DNA of 64,000 nucleotides from Lachnospiraceae bacterium (GTDB lineage Bacteria; Bacillota; Clostridia; Lachnospirales; Lachnospiraceae): NCBI GenBank assembly GCA_045641285.1, contig JAZUGQ010000053.1, positions 51,790 to 115,789 of the forward strand, read 5' to 3'. Shown piece by piece: positions 37,972 to 47,509 of this stretch (position 1 is its first letter; each line of letters starts with the position of its first letter). The notes under the pieces were generated by a model. It saw only the letters and a program-made list of their open reading frames with translations, ran no database searches and was not told where the DNA came from. The position numbers and the translations under genes were made by a program.

Positions 37972-38025
37972 TACCGGAAAATGCCGTAAGAGAGCATTAT
38001 TTTCCAAACTATTTTTCAAAAAGGC

Positions 38026-38053
38026 TTGCTTTTTGGTTTTTTTGTGTTATTAT
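38026..38053 (+). promoter_or_regulatory. candidate promoter of the rimP-nusA-infB operon
   Basis: TTGCTT (38026-38031), 16 nt, TGtTATTAT (hexamer 38048-38053). Confidence 0.4.
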
Positions 38054-38078
38054 CGTTATGTAGCATATTGATTGTTTG

Positions 38079-38104
38079 AGAGTGGGTTTGAAAAAACCCA
38101 CTCT
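38079..38104 (+). promoter_or_regulatory. leader hairpin upstream of rimP (terminator-like, weak U-tract)
   Basis: Perfect 11-bp stem agagtgggttt/aaacccactct with a GAAA loop. Followed by TACTTTAT. About 60 nt before the rimP start. Confidence 0.5.
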
Positions 38105-38164
38105 TACTTTATGCCGAAGAACGACAAACGGTCCGTTGTCTTGACAACAGGATATGGAGGTTTT

Positions 38165-38629
38165 ATGACACAAAGGGAACTCTATGAGGCAAAGACGGCC
38201 GAACTCATCACTCCGATTTTGGAGGCCAATCGGTTTGAACTGGTTGACGTGGAATATGTGAAGGAAGTCGGAACGTGGTATTTGCGCGCATTTATCGACA
38301 AGGAAGGCGGCATTACAATTGATGACTGTGAACTGGTTTCACGGGCACTCAGTGACCGGCTCGATGAAGCGGATTTCATTTCGGAATGTTATGTGCTGGA
38401 AGTCAGTTCGCCGGGATTGACAAGACCGCTGAAAAAAGACAAAGATTATGACCGGAACATCGGAAAACCGATTGAACTCAAGGTATTTAAAGCAGTGGAC
38501 AATCGGAAAGAAATGGCAGGAATTTTGAAAGCCTATACGGCGGATTCCGTGACAGTAAGCGTAGAGGATACGGAGCTTGTGATCGAACGGAAAAATATCA
38601 GTATGATTCGCCAGGCATTTACAGAATAA
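38165..38629 (+). CDS. rimP: ribosome maturation factor RimP
   Basis: GGAGG RBS before the ATG at 38165. Motifs FELVDVEY, LEVSSPGL.RPL. Confidence 0.9.
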   Translation: MTQRELYEAKTAELITPILEANRFELVDVEYVKEVGTWYLRAFIDKEGGITIDDCELVSRALSDRLDEADFISECYVLEVSSPGLTRPLKKDKDYDRNIGKPIELKVFKAVDNRKEMAGILKAYTADSVTVSVEDTELVIERKNISMIRQAFTE

Positions 38630-38647
38630 TTATTCAGGAGGTATAAC

Positions 38648-39745
38648 ATGAAAAAAGCTGTGAAGAAGTCCGCAGAGGATTTGAAGAAGGAAGACTTTAA
38701 GGAACTGATTACCGCATTGGATTTGATTGAAAAGGAGCGGGACATTAGCAAGGAGGTTCTGCTGAAGGCAATTGAAGATTCGCTTCATGCCGCATGCAAG
38801 GATGAATACGGTAAGAATGACAATATTCGCGTTCATATCGACAAGGATACCGGAGAATACAGTGTATTGCGTGATATGACGATTGTGGATGAGGTTTTGG
38901 ATGAAAGCTGTGAAATGACTCTGGAAGAGGCCAACAACACATTCCCGCTTCGTCCCAACAGTGTCGGCGATGTCATTACCTTGGAGGTTACGACCAAGAA
39001 TTTCGGACGAATCGCAGCCGGAAAAGCAAAGCAGGTTATTGTACAGAAGCTTCGTGAGGAAGAAAGAAAAGTTCTCTACGGTCAGTATTGCGACAAAGAG
39101 AAGGAAGTTGTTACCGGTATTGTTCAGAAGTATTCCAAGAAAAATGTCATTATCAGCCTTGGAAAAATGGACGCGTCCCTGATTGATACCGAGCAGATTC
39201 CCGGTGAGGTTTTCCGCACCGGAGACCGTATCAAGGTGTACATCGTAGAAGTTAAGGATATGACCAAGGGACCGAGAATCATCGTATCCCGTACTCATCC
39301 GGAACTGGTCAAGAGATTGTTCGAAAATGAAGTTACCGAAGTTGCCGAGGGCATCGTTGAAATCAAGAGCCTGAGCCGGGAAGCCGGAAAGCGTACCAAG
39401 ATGGCTGTTTGGTCCAATGATCCGAAGGTTGACCCGGTCGGCGCCTGTGTCGGTGTGAACGGAAGCCGTGTCAATGCCGTTGTGGATGAGCTGAACGGTG
39501 AAAAGATTGATATTATCAACTGGAGTGACGATCCGGAGCAGCTGATTGCCAATGCATTGTCTCCGGCCGTTGTGGTTTCGGTTACGGTTGATCCCGATGA
39601 AAGAATTGCCAGCGTTATCGTTCCCGATGAGGAACTGACACTTGCAATCGGAAGCAAGGGACAGAATGCAAGACTGGCAGCAAGACTGACCGGTTACAAG
39701 ATTGACATCAAGAGTCAGTCTCAGGCAGACGGTCTTTGCGAATAG
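38648..39745 (+). CDS. nusA: transcription termination/antitermination factor NusA
   Basis: 365 aa. S1 and two KH domains (LAIGSKGQNARLAARLTGYKIDI). Confidence 0.95.
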   Translation: MKKAVKKSAEDLKKEDFKELITALDLIEKERDISKEVLLKAIEDSLHAACKDEYGKNDNIRVHIDKDTGEYSVLRDMTIVDEVLDESCEMTLEEANNTFPLRPNSVGDVITLEVTTKNFGRIAAGKAKQVIVQKLREEERKVLYGQYCDKEKEVVTGIVQKYSKKNVIISLGKMDASLIDTEQIPGEVFRTGDRIKVYIVEVKDMTKGPRIIVSRTHPELVKRLFENEVTEVAEGIVEIKSLSREAGKRTKMAVWSNDPKVDPVGACVGVNGSRVNAVVDELNGEKIDIINWSDDPEQLIANALSPAVVVSVTVDPDERIASVIVPDEELTLAIGSKGQNARLAARLTGYKIDIKSQSQADGLCE

Positions 39746-39756
39746 GAAGGAAGACT

Positions 39757-40020
39757 ATGATAGCGAAAAAGATTCCCATGAGAAAATGTATCGGATGCGG
39801 AGAAATGAAGCCCAAAAAAGAACTGATCCGAATTCTCAGGACTCCGGAGGAAGACATTTTCGTCGATCTGACCGGTAAGAAAAACGGTCGGGGCGCGTAT
39901 CTGTGCAAGAGCGAATCCTGTTTCCTGCAGGCCAAGAAGACAAAAGCATTGGAACGTTCCCTGCAGGTGAATATACCGGAAGACGTATACAGCCGGCTTT
40001 TGGAGGAATTGAACGCATGA
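39757..40020 (+). CDS. rnpM: YlxR/RnpM family RNA-binding protein (DUF448)
   Basis: Motif RKCIGCGEMKPKKELIRI...GRGAYLC. AGGAAGGAAG RBS. Confidence 0.85.
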   Translation: MIAKKIPMRKCIGCGEMKPKKELIRILRTPEEDIFVDLTGKKNGRGAYLCKSESCFLQAKKTKALERSLQVNIPEDVYSRLLEELNA

Positions 40021-40337
40021 TAACAGAAGCCCGGATATTTTCTCTGATCAGTATTGCACAGAAGGCGAGAGCCGTTGCGGCAGGAAACTTCCTGGTGGAG
40101 CGGTCGATTCGAAGCGGAGAAGCGAAACTTGTCATCATTTCCGAAGATGCATCCGGAAATACCAGAGACGATCTTTCGCATATTACGTATCATTACGAAA
40201 TTCCGACGGTCACATTCGGAACCAAAGATACTTTGGGACATACCATCGGAAAAGAAAGCCGTGTTTGCATCGCGATTACGGATGCCGGTTTGGCGAAGAA
40301 AATCGCGGAAGGAATACAGCAGTTGCAGAAACAATAA
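40017..40337 (+). CDS. L7Ae-family ribosomal-protein-like RNA-binding protein (YlxQ)
   Basis: 106 aa. ATG overlaps the upstream stop (ATGA). Conserved position between ylxR and infB. Confidence 0.85.
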   Translation: MITEARIFSLISIAQKARAVAAGNFLVERSIRSGEAKLVIISEDASGNTRDDLSHITYHYEIPTVTFGTKDTLGHTIGKESRVCIAITDAGLAKKIAEGIQQLQKQ

Positions 40338-40371
40338 ATCAGTACTCAATTTTAGCGGAGGAATGAACTGA

Positions 40372-43300
40372 ATGGCAAATATTAAACTTGGTGATTTGTG
40401 CAAGGAGATTGATGCTTCTTACAAGGAAATGATGTCCTATCTGCGTGAACGCGGCTATGACGTAAAGAGCGCAGGCAGTATGATTGACGATGAAGAGCAG
40501 GAAGTCCAAATTGCAATCACACTCTACGGCAAACATAAAAGAAAGCCGGCAGAGAAAAAGGAACCCGTTGCGAAATCCCATGCCCGTTTTGACGACAAGG
40601 GAAATCGTGTGGTGAAGAAAGATGGCATTGTATACAGCATTGACAAGGGCGGAAACTATACCGCTTACAACGGACCGTTATATGATGAAAATCATAAAAA
40701 GATCGAAAAACGGTTCCTTTTCGATGCCGATAAGAACCCGATTCTCCGCAAAGGAAATGAGTTCTATAAGAAAAATGAGAACGGCGAACTCGAAGTATAC
40801 GAAGGACCGATTTTCAATGAAGAAGGCCGTCGTCTGAAACGTCCTACGAAGGATGAATCCGAGGCCGGCAAGGCACGCAAGGAAGATGCCGAAAAGAAGG
40901 TGGAAAAGACCGATAATGCTGCGGCAAATGCAGAGAAACCGGAATCTTCCGCAAACGATAACAAATCGGCAGAGCCGGAACAGGGCAAGACCATCGATGC
41001 TTCGGAGAAGAATGAGCAAAGCGATAAGTCCGCTGTCAAAGAGGACAGCAAACCGGTTGTAACGGAAATCAAGAAGGAATCCGACAAAGAAACCGTTTCC
41101 GACACAAAGAAGACCGAAGAGAGCAGACCGAGCCGTCGTGACGGTCAGCAGAGCGAAACGGCGGAGAGACGTTCCGACAATCAGAGACCGTATAACCGTG
41201 ACGGTCAGAACGGACAAAGCAGCCAGAGACCGTACAACAGAGACGGACAGAATGGTCAGAGATCCTATAATCGTGATGGTCAGGATGGCCAGAGACCGTA
41301 TAATCGCGATGGTCAGAACGGTCAGAGACCGTACAACCGTGACGGACAGGGCGGCCAGAGACCGTATAATCGCGACGGTCAGAACGGACAGAACGGATTC
41401 CGCAAGCCGAACGGACAGGGCGGATTTAATCGAAACGGAGCTCAGGGCGGTTTCGATAAGGGCGGCTTTGATAAGGATAAAGATTCCGATCAGAGAAGAA
41501 CATTTACCCGCAAGAATGACGGCAAGAGCAGCCAGAACAACTCCATAAAGGCTGATTTCGGCAACGAAATCAATCGGGAACAGCGTGCTGCCGCATATAA
41601 CAATAAGGATCGTGACAGAAACCGCAACAATCGCGATTTCGAAAATGAGGATTCCCTGAAGGGTAAGAAGAGTCAGCAGAATAAGAAAGATGCAAACCGC
41701 AAGGGCGCATTTATCATGCCGAAGATCGAGCCGAAAAAGGAAGAAGATCCGAACGAAATCAAGAATATTACGATTCCGGAAGTAATTACCATTAAGGAAC
41801 TGGCGGATAAGATGAAGCAGAATTCCTCTGCCATTATCAAGAAACTGTTCCTGTCCGGAAAACTGTACAATATCAATTCCGAAATTTCTTTCGAAGAAGC
41901 GGAAGAGATTGCATTGGAATACAACTGTATCGTTGAGAAAGAAAAAGTCATCGATATGGTGGAAGAGTTGACGAAGGATATCGAAGATCCGGAGGAAAGC
42001 CTTGTAAAACGTCCACCCGTTGTCTGTGTAATGGGTCATGTCGATCACGGTAAAACATCCATCCTCGATGCGATTCGTTCCGCTCATGTGGCTTCCCGTG
42101 AAGCCGGCGGTATTACCCAGCATATCGGTGCTTATATGGTGGAAAAGAACGGGGAAAAGATTACCTTCCTCGACACTCCCGGCCATGAGGCATTTACCGC
42201 AATGAGACTGCGTGGTGCCATGGCAACCGATATTGCGGTATTGGTTGTAGCAGCCGATGACGGTGTTATGCCGCAGACCATTGAAGCAATCAACCACGCA
42301 AAGGCAGCCGGCGTTTCCATCGTCGTTGCAATCAACAAGATGGATAAGGAAGGTGCAAATCCCGACCGTGTACTGTCCGAATTGTCCGAACAGGGTCTTG
42401 TTTCCGAAGAATGGGGCGGCGATATTGTAACCTGCCGTGTTTCCGCAAAATCCGGAGACGGTATTGAACAGCTGTTGGAAATGATTCTTCTGTCCGCGGA
42501 AGTATTGGAACTGAAATCCAATCCGAACCGTAAGGCCAGAGGTTTGGTTATCGAAGCCAAGCTGGATAAGGGCCGCGGTCCTGTTGCAACGGTATTGGTA
42601 CAGAAGGGTACTTTGCATGTCGGTGAAAATGTGGCAATCGGTTCTTCCTACGGTAAGATTCGTGCCATGATTAACGACAAGGGTGAAAAGATTTCCGAAG
42701 CAACACCGTCCACTCCGGTTGAGATTCTCGGTCTGAACAGTGTTCCGAATGCCGGTGATATCGTAATTGCAACCGAAAACGAGAAGGAAGCAAAGAACAT
42801 TTCCGAAGCATATATTGCACAGGGCAAGGAAAAACTGATTGCCGAAACCAAGCAGAAGCTGTCTCTGGAAGGTCTGTATGACCAGATGAAGACAGGCGAA
42901 ATGAAGGATTTGAACATTATCGTCAAAGCCGATGTGGCAGGTTCCGTGGAAGCCGTCAAGCAGTCTCTGACCAAGCTTTCCAATGATGAAATTGCCGTTC
43001 ACTGCATCCATGGCGGTGTCGGAAACATCAATGAATCCGATGTCATTTTGGCAAGCGCCAGCAATGCGATTATTATCGGTTTCAATGTCAAGCCGGACAA
43101 TACCGCAAAGGATACCGCCGTCAGAGAAAAGGTTGATATTCGTCAGTATTCCGTCATTTACAATGCGATTGATGATATCGAAGCGGCAATGCAGGGTATG
43201 CTGGATCCGATTTACGAAGAAGTTGTTATCGGTCATGCCGAAATCCGTCAGATTTTCAAGGCAAGCGGTGTCGGCAATATTGCCGGTTGCTATATTCTGG

Positions 43301-43515
43301 ACGGTAAGGCAATGAGAAACTGCAAGGCTCGCATCACCAGAGGAGACGAGAAGATTTTCGAAGGTGATTTGGAATCCCTCAAGCGTATGAAGGACGATGC
43401 CAAGGAAGTCAATGCCGGATTTGAATGCGGTATGGTATTCCATGACTTCAACGATATTGCCGAGGGCGATCAGATTGAGCTGTATAACGTACAGCAAGTA
43501 GCAAGAAAGAAATAA
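40372..43515 (+). CDS. infB: translation initiation factor IF-2 with long low-complexity N-terminal region
   Basis: 1047 aa. G-domain motifs [23 protein letters not shown]. Canonical C-terminal domains. Confidence 0.96.
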   Translation: MANIKLGDLCKEIDASYKEMMSYLRERGYDVKSAGSMIDDEEQEVQIAITLYGKHKRKPAEKKEPVAKSHARFDDKGNRVVKKDGIVYSIDKGGNYTAYNGPLYDENHKKIEKRFLFDADKNPILRKGNEFYKKNENGELEVYEGPIFNEEGRRLKRPTKDESEAGKARKEDAEKKVEKTDNAAANAEKPESSANDNKSAEPEQGKTIDASEKNEQSDKSAVKEDSKPVVTEIKKESDKETVSDTKKTEESRPSRRDGQQSETAERRSDNQRPYNRDGQNGQSSQRPYNRDGQNGQRSYNRDGQDGQRPYNRDGQNGQRPYNRDGQGGQRPYNRDGQNGQNGFRKPNGQGGFNRNGAQGGFDKGGFDKDKDSDQRRTFTRKNDGKSSQNNSIKADFGNEINREQRAAAYNNKDRDRNRNNRDFENEDSLKGKKSQQNKKDANRKGAFIMPKIEPKKEEDPNEIKNITIPEVITIKELADKMKQNSSAIIKKLFLSGKLYNINSEISFEEAEEIALEYNCIVEKEKVIDMVEELTKDIEDPEESLVKRPPVVCVMGHVDHGKTSILDAIRSAHVASREAGGITQHIGAYMVEKNGEKITFLDTPGHEAFTAMRLRGAMATDIAVLVVAADDGVMPQTIEAINHAKAAGVSIVVAINKMDKEGANPDRVLSELSEQGLVSEEWGGDIVTCRVSAKSGDGIEQLLEMILLSAEVLELKSNPNRKARGLVIEAKLDKGRGPVATVLVQKGTLHVGENVAIGSSYGKIRAMINDKGEKISEATPSTPVEILGLNSVPNAGDIVIATENEKEAKNISEAYIAQGKEKLIAETKQKLSLEGLYDQMKTGEMKDLNIIVKADVAGSVEAVKQSLTKLSNDEIAVHCIHGGVGNINESDVILASASNAIIIGFNVKPDNTAKDTAVREKVDIRQYSVIYNAIDDIEAAMQGMLDPIYEEVVIGHAEIRQIFKASGVGNIAGCYILDGKAMRNCKARITRGDEKIFEGDLESLKRMKDDAKEVNAGFECGMVFHDFNDIAEGDQIELYNVQQVARKK
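41182..41393 (+). repeat. six tandem 33-bp (one 39-bp) repeats encoding (Q)[11 protein letters not shown] inside infB
   Basis: Peptide repeats read from translation. The DNA copies use different synonymous codons (aaccgtgac / aacagagac / aatcgtgat / aatcgcgat). Confidence 0.85.
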
Positions 43516-43523
43516 TCAGGGTC

Positions 43524-43547
43524 GGGACAGGTTGCTATACCTGTCCC
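43524..43547 (+). other. hairpin between infB and rbfA
   Basis: gggacaggt pairs with acctgtccc, 6-nt loop. Weak downstream T-run, so possibly a processing or attenuation site rather than a full terminator. Confidence 0.3.
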
Positions 43548-43563
43548 TTGCCATAGGAGAAAT

Positions 43564-43974
43564 ATGAGAAAAAACAGTACAAAAAACAGAATCGTCAGTA
43601 ATGAAGTACATCGGGAACTCAGCAAGCTCATTATGAACGAAGTGAAGGACCCGAGAATCGCGCAAATGACGACGGTGACGGATGTCTATGTGGCACCGGA
43701 TTTGAAAACGGCCAAAGTGTATGTCAGTGTATACGGTGACGAACAAGCCAAAAACGATACGCTGAAGGGCCTGAAAAATGCAGCACCGTTTCTTCGTTCC
43801 ATGCTTGCAAAGAACATGAATATGCGCCAGACACCGCAGTTATTCTTTGTTCTTGACGACAGCCTGGAATACAGTATGAAAATGGATGCTTTGATTGCGC
43901 AGATTCATCAGCAGGACGAAGCCAAAGCAGCGTCCGAGGAAACCGATGACGCTACGGACAACCAAAATGAATAG
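43564..43974 (+). CDS. rbfA: ribosome-binding factor A
   Basis: Motifs KDPRI and VTDVYVAPDLKTAKVYVS. Acidic C-terminal tail. Confidence 0.9.
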   Translation: MRKNSTKNRIVSNEVHRELSKLIMNEVKDPRIAQMTTVTDVYVAPDLKTAKVYVSVYGDEQAKNDTLKGLKNAAPFLRSMLAKNMNMRQTPQLFFVLDDSLEYSMKMDALIAQIHQQDEAKAASEETDDATDNQNE

Positions 43975-44051
43975 CAGGTGAAATCCGGAAGAAAGGAAAC
44001 AATGCAATTGATGCACTATATTCAGCATTCATTGCATTATACGCAAACAAA

Positions 44052-45005
44052 ATGAACAATTCCTTACGAAACGTCTTGGAGTCGGCAAATTCCATCGGAA
44101 TCACAGGGCATGTGCGCCCGGACGGAGACTGTCTCGGCTCCTGTATGACGCTGTATTTATATATCAAACGGAATTACCCGGACAAGACGGTTACATTGTA
44201 TTTGGAGGAACCGCCGAAATCCATCCGTATTTTCCCGGAGGTCAGTGACATCGACAGTACTTTTACGGCACCGTCGGAGCCATTTGATTTATTTGTCGTT
44301 CTCGATTGTTCTTCGGCCGACCGGTTTCCGGCGGCGGAAGCAATGTTTCGTGCGGCCAAAAACACATTTGTCGTGGACCATCACATGACCAATTCCGGAT
44401 TTTCCGAGAATGCGGTTGTGGTACCGGATGCAAGTTCGACCTGTGAAGTGCTTTACGGACTTCTCGAGGACGAAAAAATCGACACGGAAATGGCTACGGC
44501 ATTGTATATGGGAATCATTCACGATACCGGCATTTTCAAATATTCCGCATGCAAAGAAAGCACGATGCAGGTGGCAGGGAAAATGCTTTCCAAGGGCGTC
44601 AATGCACAGAAACTGATCGACGAAACGTTTTACCAGAAGAGTTATGTTCAGAACCGTCTGATCGGATATGCCGTTCTGAATTCCGAACTCAAGCTGGATG
44701 GCAAAATGATCGTGTCCAAGGTAAGTCTTTCGGACATGCAGCGGTTTGAAGCAACCCCTGCAGATACGGAAGGAACGATTGACCAGCTTCGCCTGACGCG
44801 GGGCGTGGAAGTCGCGGTGTTTGCGAGAGAAGACGAAGAACAGACATACAAATTCAGTCTGAGAGCCGTTTCGTATGTCAATGTTGCCAAGGTATGCGAG
44901 GCATTCGGAGGCGGCGGACATCGATTTGCGGCAGGATGTACAATTCACGGAGAGTATGAAGAAATCCTTGAGAAAATCATCTCATTGATACAGCTTCAAC
45001 TGTAA
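44052..45005 (+). CDS. nrnA: DHH/DHHA1 phosphoesterase (NrnA-type oligoribonuclease/pAp phosphatase)
   Basis: Motifs HVRPDGDCLGS, VVDHH, GIIHDTG, GGGHRFAAG. Confidence 0.88.
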   Translation: MNNSLRNVLESANSIGITGHVRPDGDCLGSCMTLYLYIKRNYPDKTVTLYLEEPPKSIRIFPEVSDIDSTFTAPSEPFDLFVVLDCSSADRFPAAEAMFRAAKNTFVVDHHMTNSGFSENAVVVPDASSTCEVLYGLLEDEKIDTEMATALYMGIIHDTGIFKYSACKESTMQVAGKMLSKGVNAQKLIDETFYQKSYVQNRLIGYAVLNSELKLDGKMIVSKVSLSDMQRFEATPADTEGTIDQLRLTRGVEVAVFAREDEEQTYKFSLRAVSYVNVAKVCEAFGGGGHRFAAGCTIHGEYEEILEKIISLIQLQL

Positions 45006-45012
45006 CGACAGC

Positions 45013-46002
45013 ATGAACGGAATTATTGTAGTCAAAAAAGAAAAAGGCTTTACGTCGCATGATGTGATAGCAAAGCTTCGAGGGGTACTTCACCAAAAGA
45101 AAATGGGCCATACCGGAACTCTCGATCCGGAAGCGGAAGGCGTTTTGCCGGTATGCATCGGATTTTCCACGAAGGTCTGCGATTATCTGATGGTTCAGAA
45201 AAAAGAGTACCTTGCAACAGGAAAACTCGGTATGGAAACCGATACGCAGGACATTTACGGAACGGTGCTTCGGACTTGTGAAAGTCATATTACGAAGGAA
45301 CAGTTTACGGATGCGCTGCAGTCATTTGTCGGAACCATAGAACAACTGACACCGATGTATTCCGCAAGAAAAATCGACGGTGTCAAGCTCATTGATCTGG
45401 CCAGACAGGGGAAAATCGTGGAACGAAGCACGAAAACGGTTACCGTTTACGAAGCGGAGCTGATTCGCTTTGATGAGGCGAATCAGGAATATGAAATTCG
45501 TATCGTATGCCAGAAAGGAACGTATATCCGTACCATTTGCAACGATATCGGTCAGCTGCTCGGATGCGGTTCCTGCATGACGTCACTGATACGGACGGCA
45601 ACAGGCCGGTTTACCATCGCGGAATCCCATACCATTGAAGAAATCCGTGCCTATGCGGAAAGCGGACGAATCGATGACATTTTGATTCCGATTGATGCGA
45701 TGTATTTCGGATGCCGGCCGATGACACTCGACGGTGCGTATCGAAGTTATCTCGCCAACGGCAATTATTTGGAATCCGATTGGATGACCCCGTGTGACGA
45801 ACCGCTTACAAGACATACGGAAAGTTACGAGAATCTGCTCGGAACGGATGAGCAGAAATGTGTGAGAATTTATCTGGACGGAGAATTCTGGGCAATTTAC
45901 AAGAAGAAACGGTCCCATTGGATCCCGCTTCAAATTTATCACGAAGTCGATAACGATAAGATTTATCAGGAGAAAATGAGACTTCAAAAGGAGCAGCCGT
46001 GA
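45013..46002 (+). CDS. truB: tRNA pseudouridine-55 synthase TruB
   Basis: Motif GHTGTLDPEAEGVLPVC. PUA-like C-terminus. Confidence 0.92.
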   Translation: MNGIIVVKKEKGFTSHDVIAKLRGVLHQKKMGHTGTLDPEAEGVLPVCIGFSTKVCDYLMVQKKEYLATGKLGMETDTQDIYGTVLRTCESHITKEQFTDALQSFVGTIEQLTPMYSARKIDGVKLIDLARQGKIVERSTKTVTVYEAELIRFDEANQEYEIRIVCQKGTYIRTICNDIGQLLGCGSCMTSLIRTATGRFTIAESHTIEEIRAYAESGRIDDILIPIDAMYFGCRPMTLDGAYRSYLANGNYLESDWMTPCDEPLTRHTESYENLLGTDEQKCVRIYLDGEFWAIYKKKRSHWIPLQIYHEVDNDKIYQEKMRLQKEQP

Positions 46003-46898
46003 AGCATTACGACTTGAATACAATACCGCAATTTCCGAACCGTGCGGTGACTGTCGGAAAATTCGACGGAATTCACCGAGGGCATCAGGAATTGCTTCGG
46101 GTGCTTCGGGAAAACGCACCGGATTTGCCGATTGCGGTTTTAAAAATCGTACCGGACAACGGCGAAACACCGACGATACTGACCGAAGAGGAATCGGATT
46201 ACATATTGAAGAATTTCGGAGTGGATGCGGTCGTTACCGTACCGTTAACGGATTCGATTCGTCAGATGCGGCCGGAGGAGTTTGTAACGGAGATTCTGAT
46301 TAAGAAATTCCGGTGTACGGTTCTGGCGGTAGGAGATGATTTTCGATTCGGACGGAACCGGTCCGGTACGGCAGAGTGGCTTCGGCAGGAAAGCAGCCGG
46401 TTCGGATTACAGACATTTGTCTGTACAATGGAATACTGCAAAAACGAAATGATTTCGAGTACGTCCGTTCGGGAACTGCTGATGCAATCCGATTTGCAAG
46501 CCGTTACGGACAGTCTCGGATTTCCGTATTTTATCATGGGAACCGTCATTCGCGGAAAGCAGCTCGGAAGAACGATTTCATTTCCGACAATCAACCTGAT
46601 TCCGGAAAAGCGGAAACTGCTGCCGCCCATCGGAGTCTATGAAACGGAAACCGAACTGAACGGAATACGGTATGCTTCCGTAACCAATATCGGGACCAAT
46701 CCGAGCGTGAAAGACAACGTCCCGCACGCCGTCACGGTGGAGACCCATATATTGGGATTTTCGGGGGACTGCTACGGAGAAACGGCAATTGTCCGATTTG
46801 TTCGGAAGCTTCGCGAGCAGATTTCATTTGGGGCACTTGACGAATTGAAGGAACAGCTTTGCAGAGATATCGAAAATGTCAAAAAAAGAAACGGATGA
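45999..46898 (+). CDS. ribF: bifunctional riboflavin kinase/FAD synthetase
   Basis: GTG start overlapping the truB stop. Motifs GKFDGIHRGHQ, GRTISFPTINL, ETHILGF. Confidence 0.92.
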   Translation: MKHYDLNTIPQFPNRAVTVGKFDGIHRGHQELLRVLRENAPDLPIAVLKIVPDNGETPTILTEEESDYILKNFGVDAVVTVPLTDSIRQMRPEEFVTEILIKKFRCTVLAVGDDFRFGRNRSGTAEWLRQESSRFGLQTFVCTMEYCKNEMISSTSVRELLMQSDLQAVTDSLGFPYFIMGTVIRGKQLGRTISFPTINLIPEKRKLLPPIGVYETETELNGIRYASVTNIGTNPSVKDNVPHAVTVETHILGFSGDCYGETAIVRFVRKLREQISFGALDELKEQLCRDIENVKKRNG

Positions 46899-47036
46899 CA
46901 GAATCATTTGTATAAATTTATAGTTTACAAAAGAACGGAACTGTGATATATTATCACCGTTGACCGAGTCTCAGTTATCGGAATCTCCAACCATAGCTTA
47001 GATTTCGGAGTAATCAGAATAATGGAGGACAAACAC

Positions 47037-47303
47037 ATGATTAGCAAAGAAAAGAAAGCTGCTATTATTGCAGAGTACGGCAAGACTCCGGAAGATACCG
47101 GATCGACCGAGGTACAGGTTGCAATTCTTTCCGCAAGAATTGAGGAACTGACCGAGCATTTGAAGAATAACAAGCAGGATAACCATTCCCGTCGTGGTCT
47201 TTACATGATGGTTGGTAAGCGTCGTGGTCTTTTGGATTATCTGAAGTCCAAGGATATCGATGCATATCGTAAGCTTATCGAAAAGCTTGGTATTCGTAAA
47301 TAA
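47037..47303 (+). CDS. rpsO: 30S ribosomal protein S15
   Basis: 88 aa. Motif [42 protein letters not shown]. Confidence 0.96.
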   Translation: MISKEKKAAIIAEYGKTPEDTGSTEVQVAILSARIEELTEHLKNNKQDNHSRRGLYMMVGKRRGLLDYLKSKDIDAYRKLIEKLGIRK

Positions 47304-47312
47304 GTATCGGAC

Positions 47313-47338
47313 GGGCTGCCTTTATCGGCAGCCCTTTT
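47313..47338 (+). terminator. rho-independent terminator of rpsO
   Basis: gggctgcc pairs with ggcagccc (8 bp), loop tttatc, then TTTT. Confidence 0.75.
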
Positions 47339-47354
47339 GAAAATTAAATTTACC

Positions 47355-47454
47355 GGCAGAGTAAAATTATGTGCGTAAAGTGTCAGCAGAACGGGGAGTT
47401 GTCTGCTGAACGAAAAGCGAAATGCTTGCGGTACATAATTTGCATCCCGCTGCT
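47355..47454 (+). promoter_or_regulatory. THF (tetrahydrofolate) riboswitch aptamer
   Basis: Matches the remembered folT-motif consensus segment by segment: GGCAGAGUA.., P2 aattatgt/acataatt, GCGUAAAGUG, P3 tcagcaga/tctgctga, ACGAAAAGCGA, UGCAUCCCGCUGC. Located upstream of a folT-like gene. Confidence 0.85.
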
Positions 47455-47467
47455 ACCTTAAGGGTTT

Positions 47468-47502
47468 CTCCTTTTCGTAGCTTATTTCGGGACGGAAAGG
47501 AG
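47468..47502 (+). promoter_or_regulatory. SD-sequestering helix of the riboswitch expression platform
   Basis: ctccttt (47468-47474) is the reverse complement of aaaggag (47496-47502). That is the RBS of the ATG at 47510. Confidence 0.5.
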
Positions 47503-47509
47503 TATTTTT

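Noticed and set aside
32797-38025. AT-rich island as a prophage, IS, transposon or ICE
   Set aside because: No integrase, transposase, recombinase or phage structural genes. No terminal inverted or direct repeats that I could find at the borders. No flanking tRNA. It is called a compositional island only.
40678-43497. 939-aa open reading frame antisense to infB, the longest ORF after infB itself
   Set aside because: It lies exactly antisense and in codon register with a highly conserved gene. Its translation is low-complexity with no recognisable motifs, start context or RBS. Long antisense ORFs arise when the sense gene avoids TTA/CTA/TCA codons. Treated as a codon-bias artefact.
46899-47036. 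Possible S15-binding autoregulatory leader upstream of rpsO
   Set aside because: I could not fold a convincing three-way junction or pseudoknot by eye. Only a weak TTTACA-17-TATATT promoter candidate is visible. Left uncalled.
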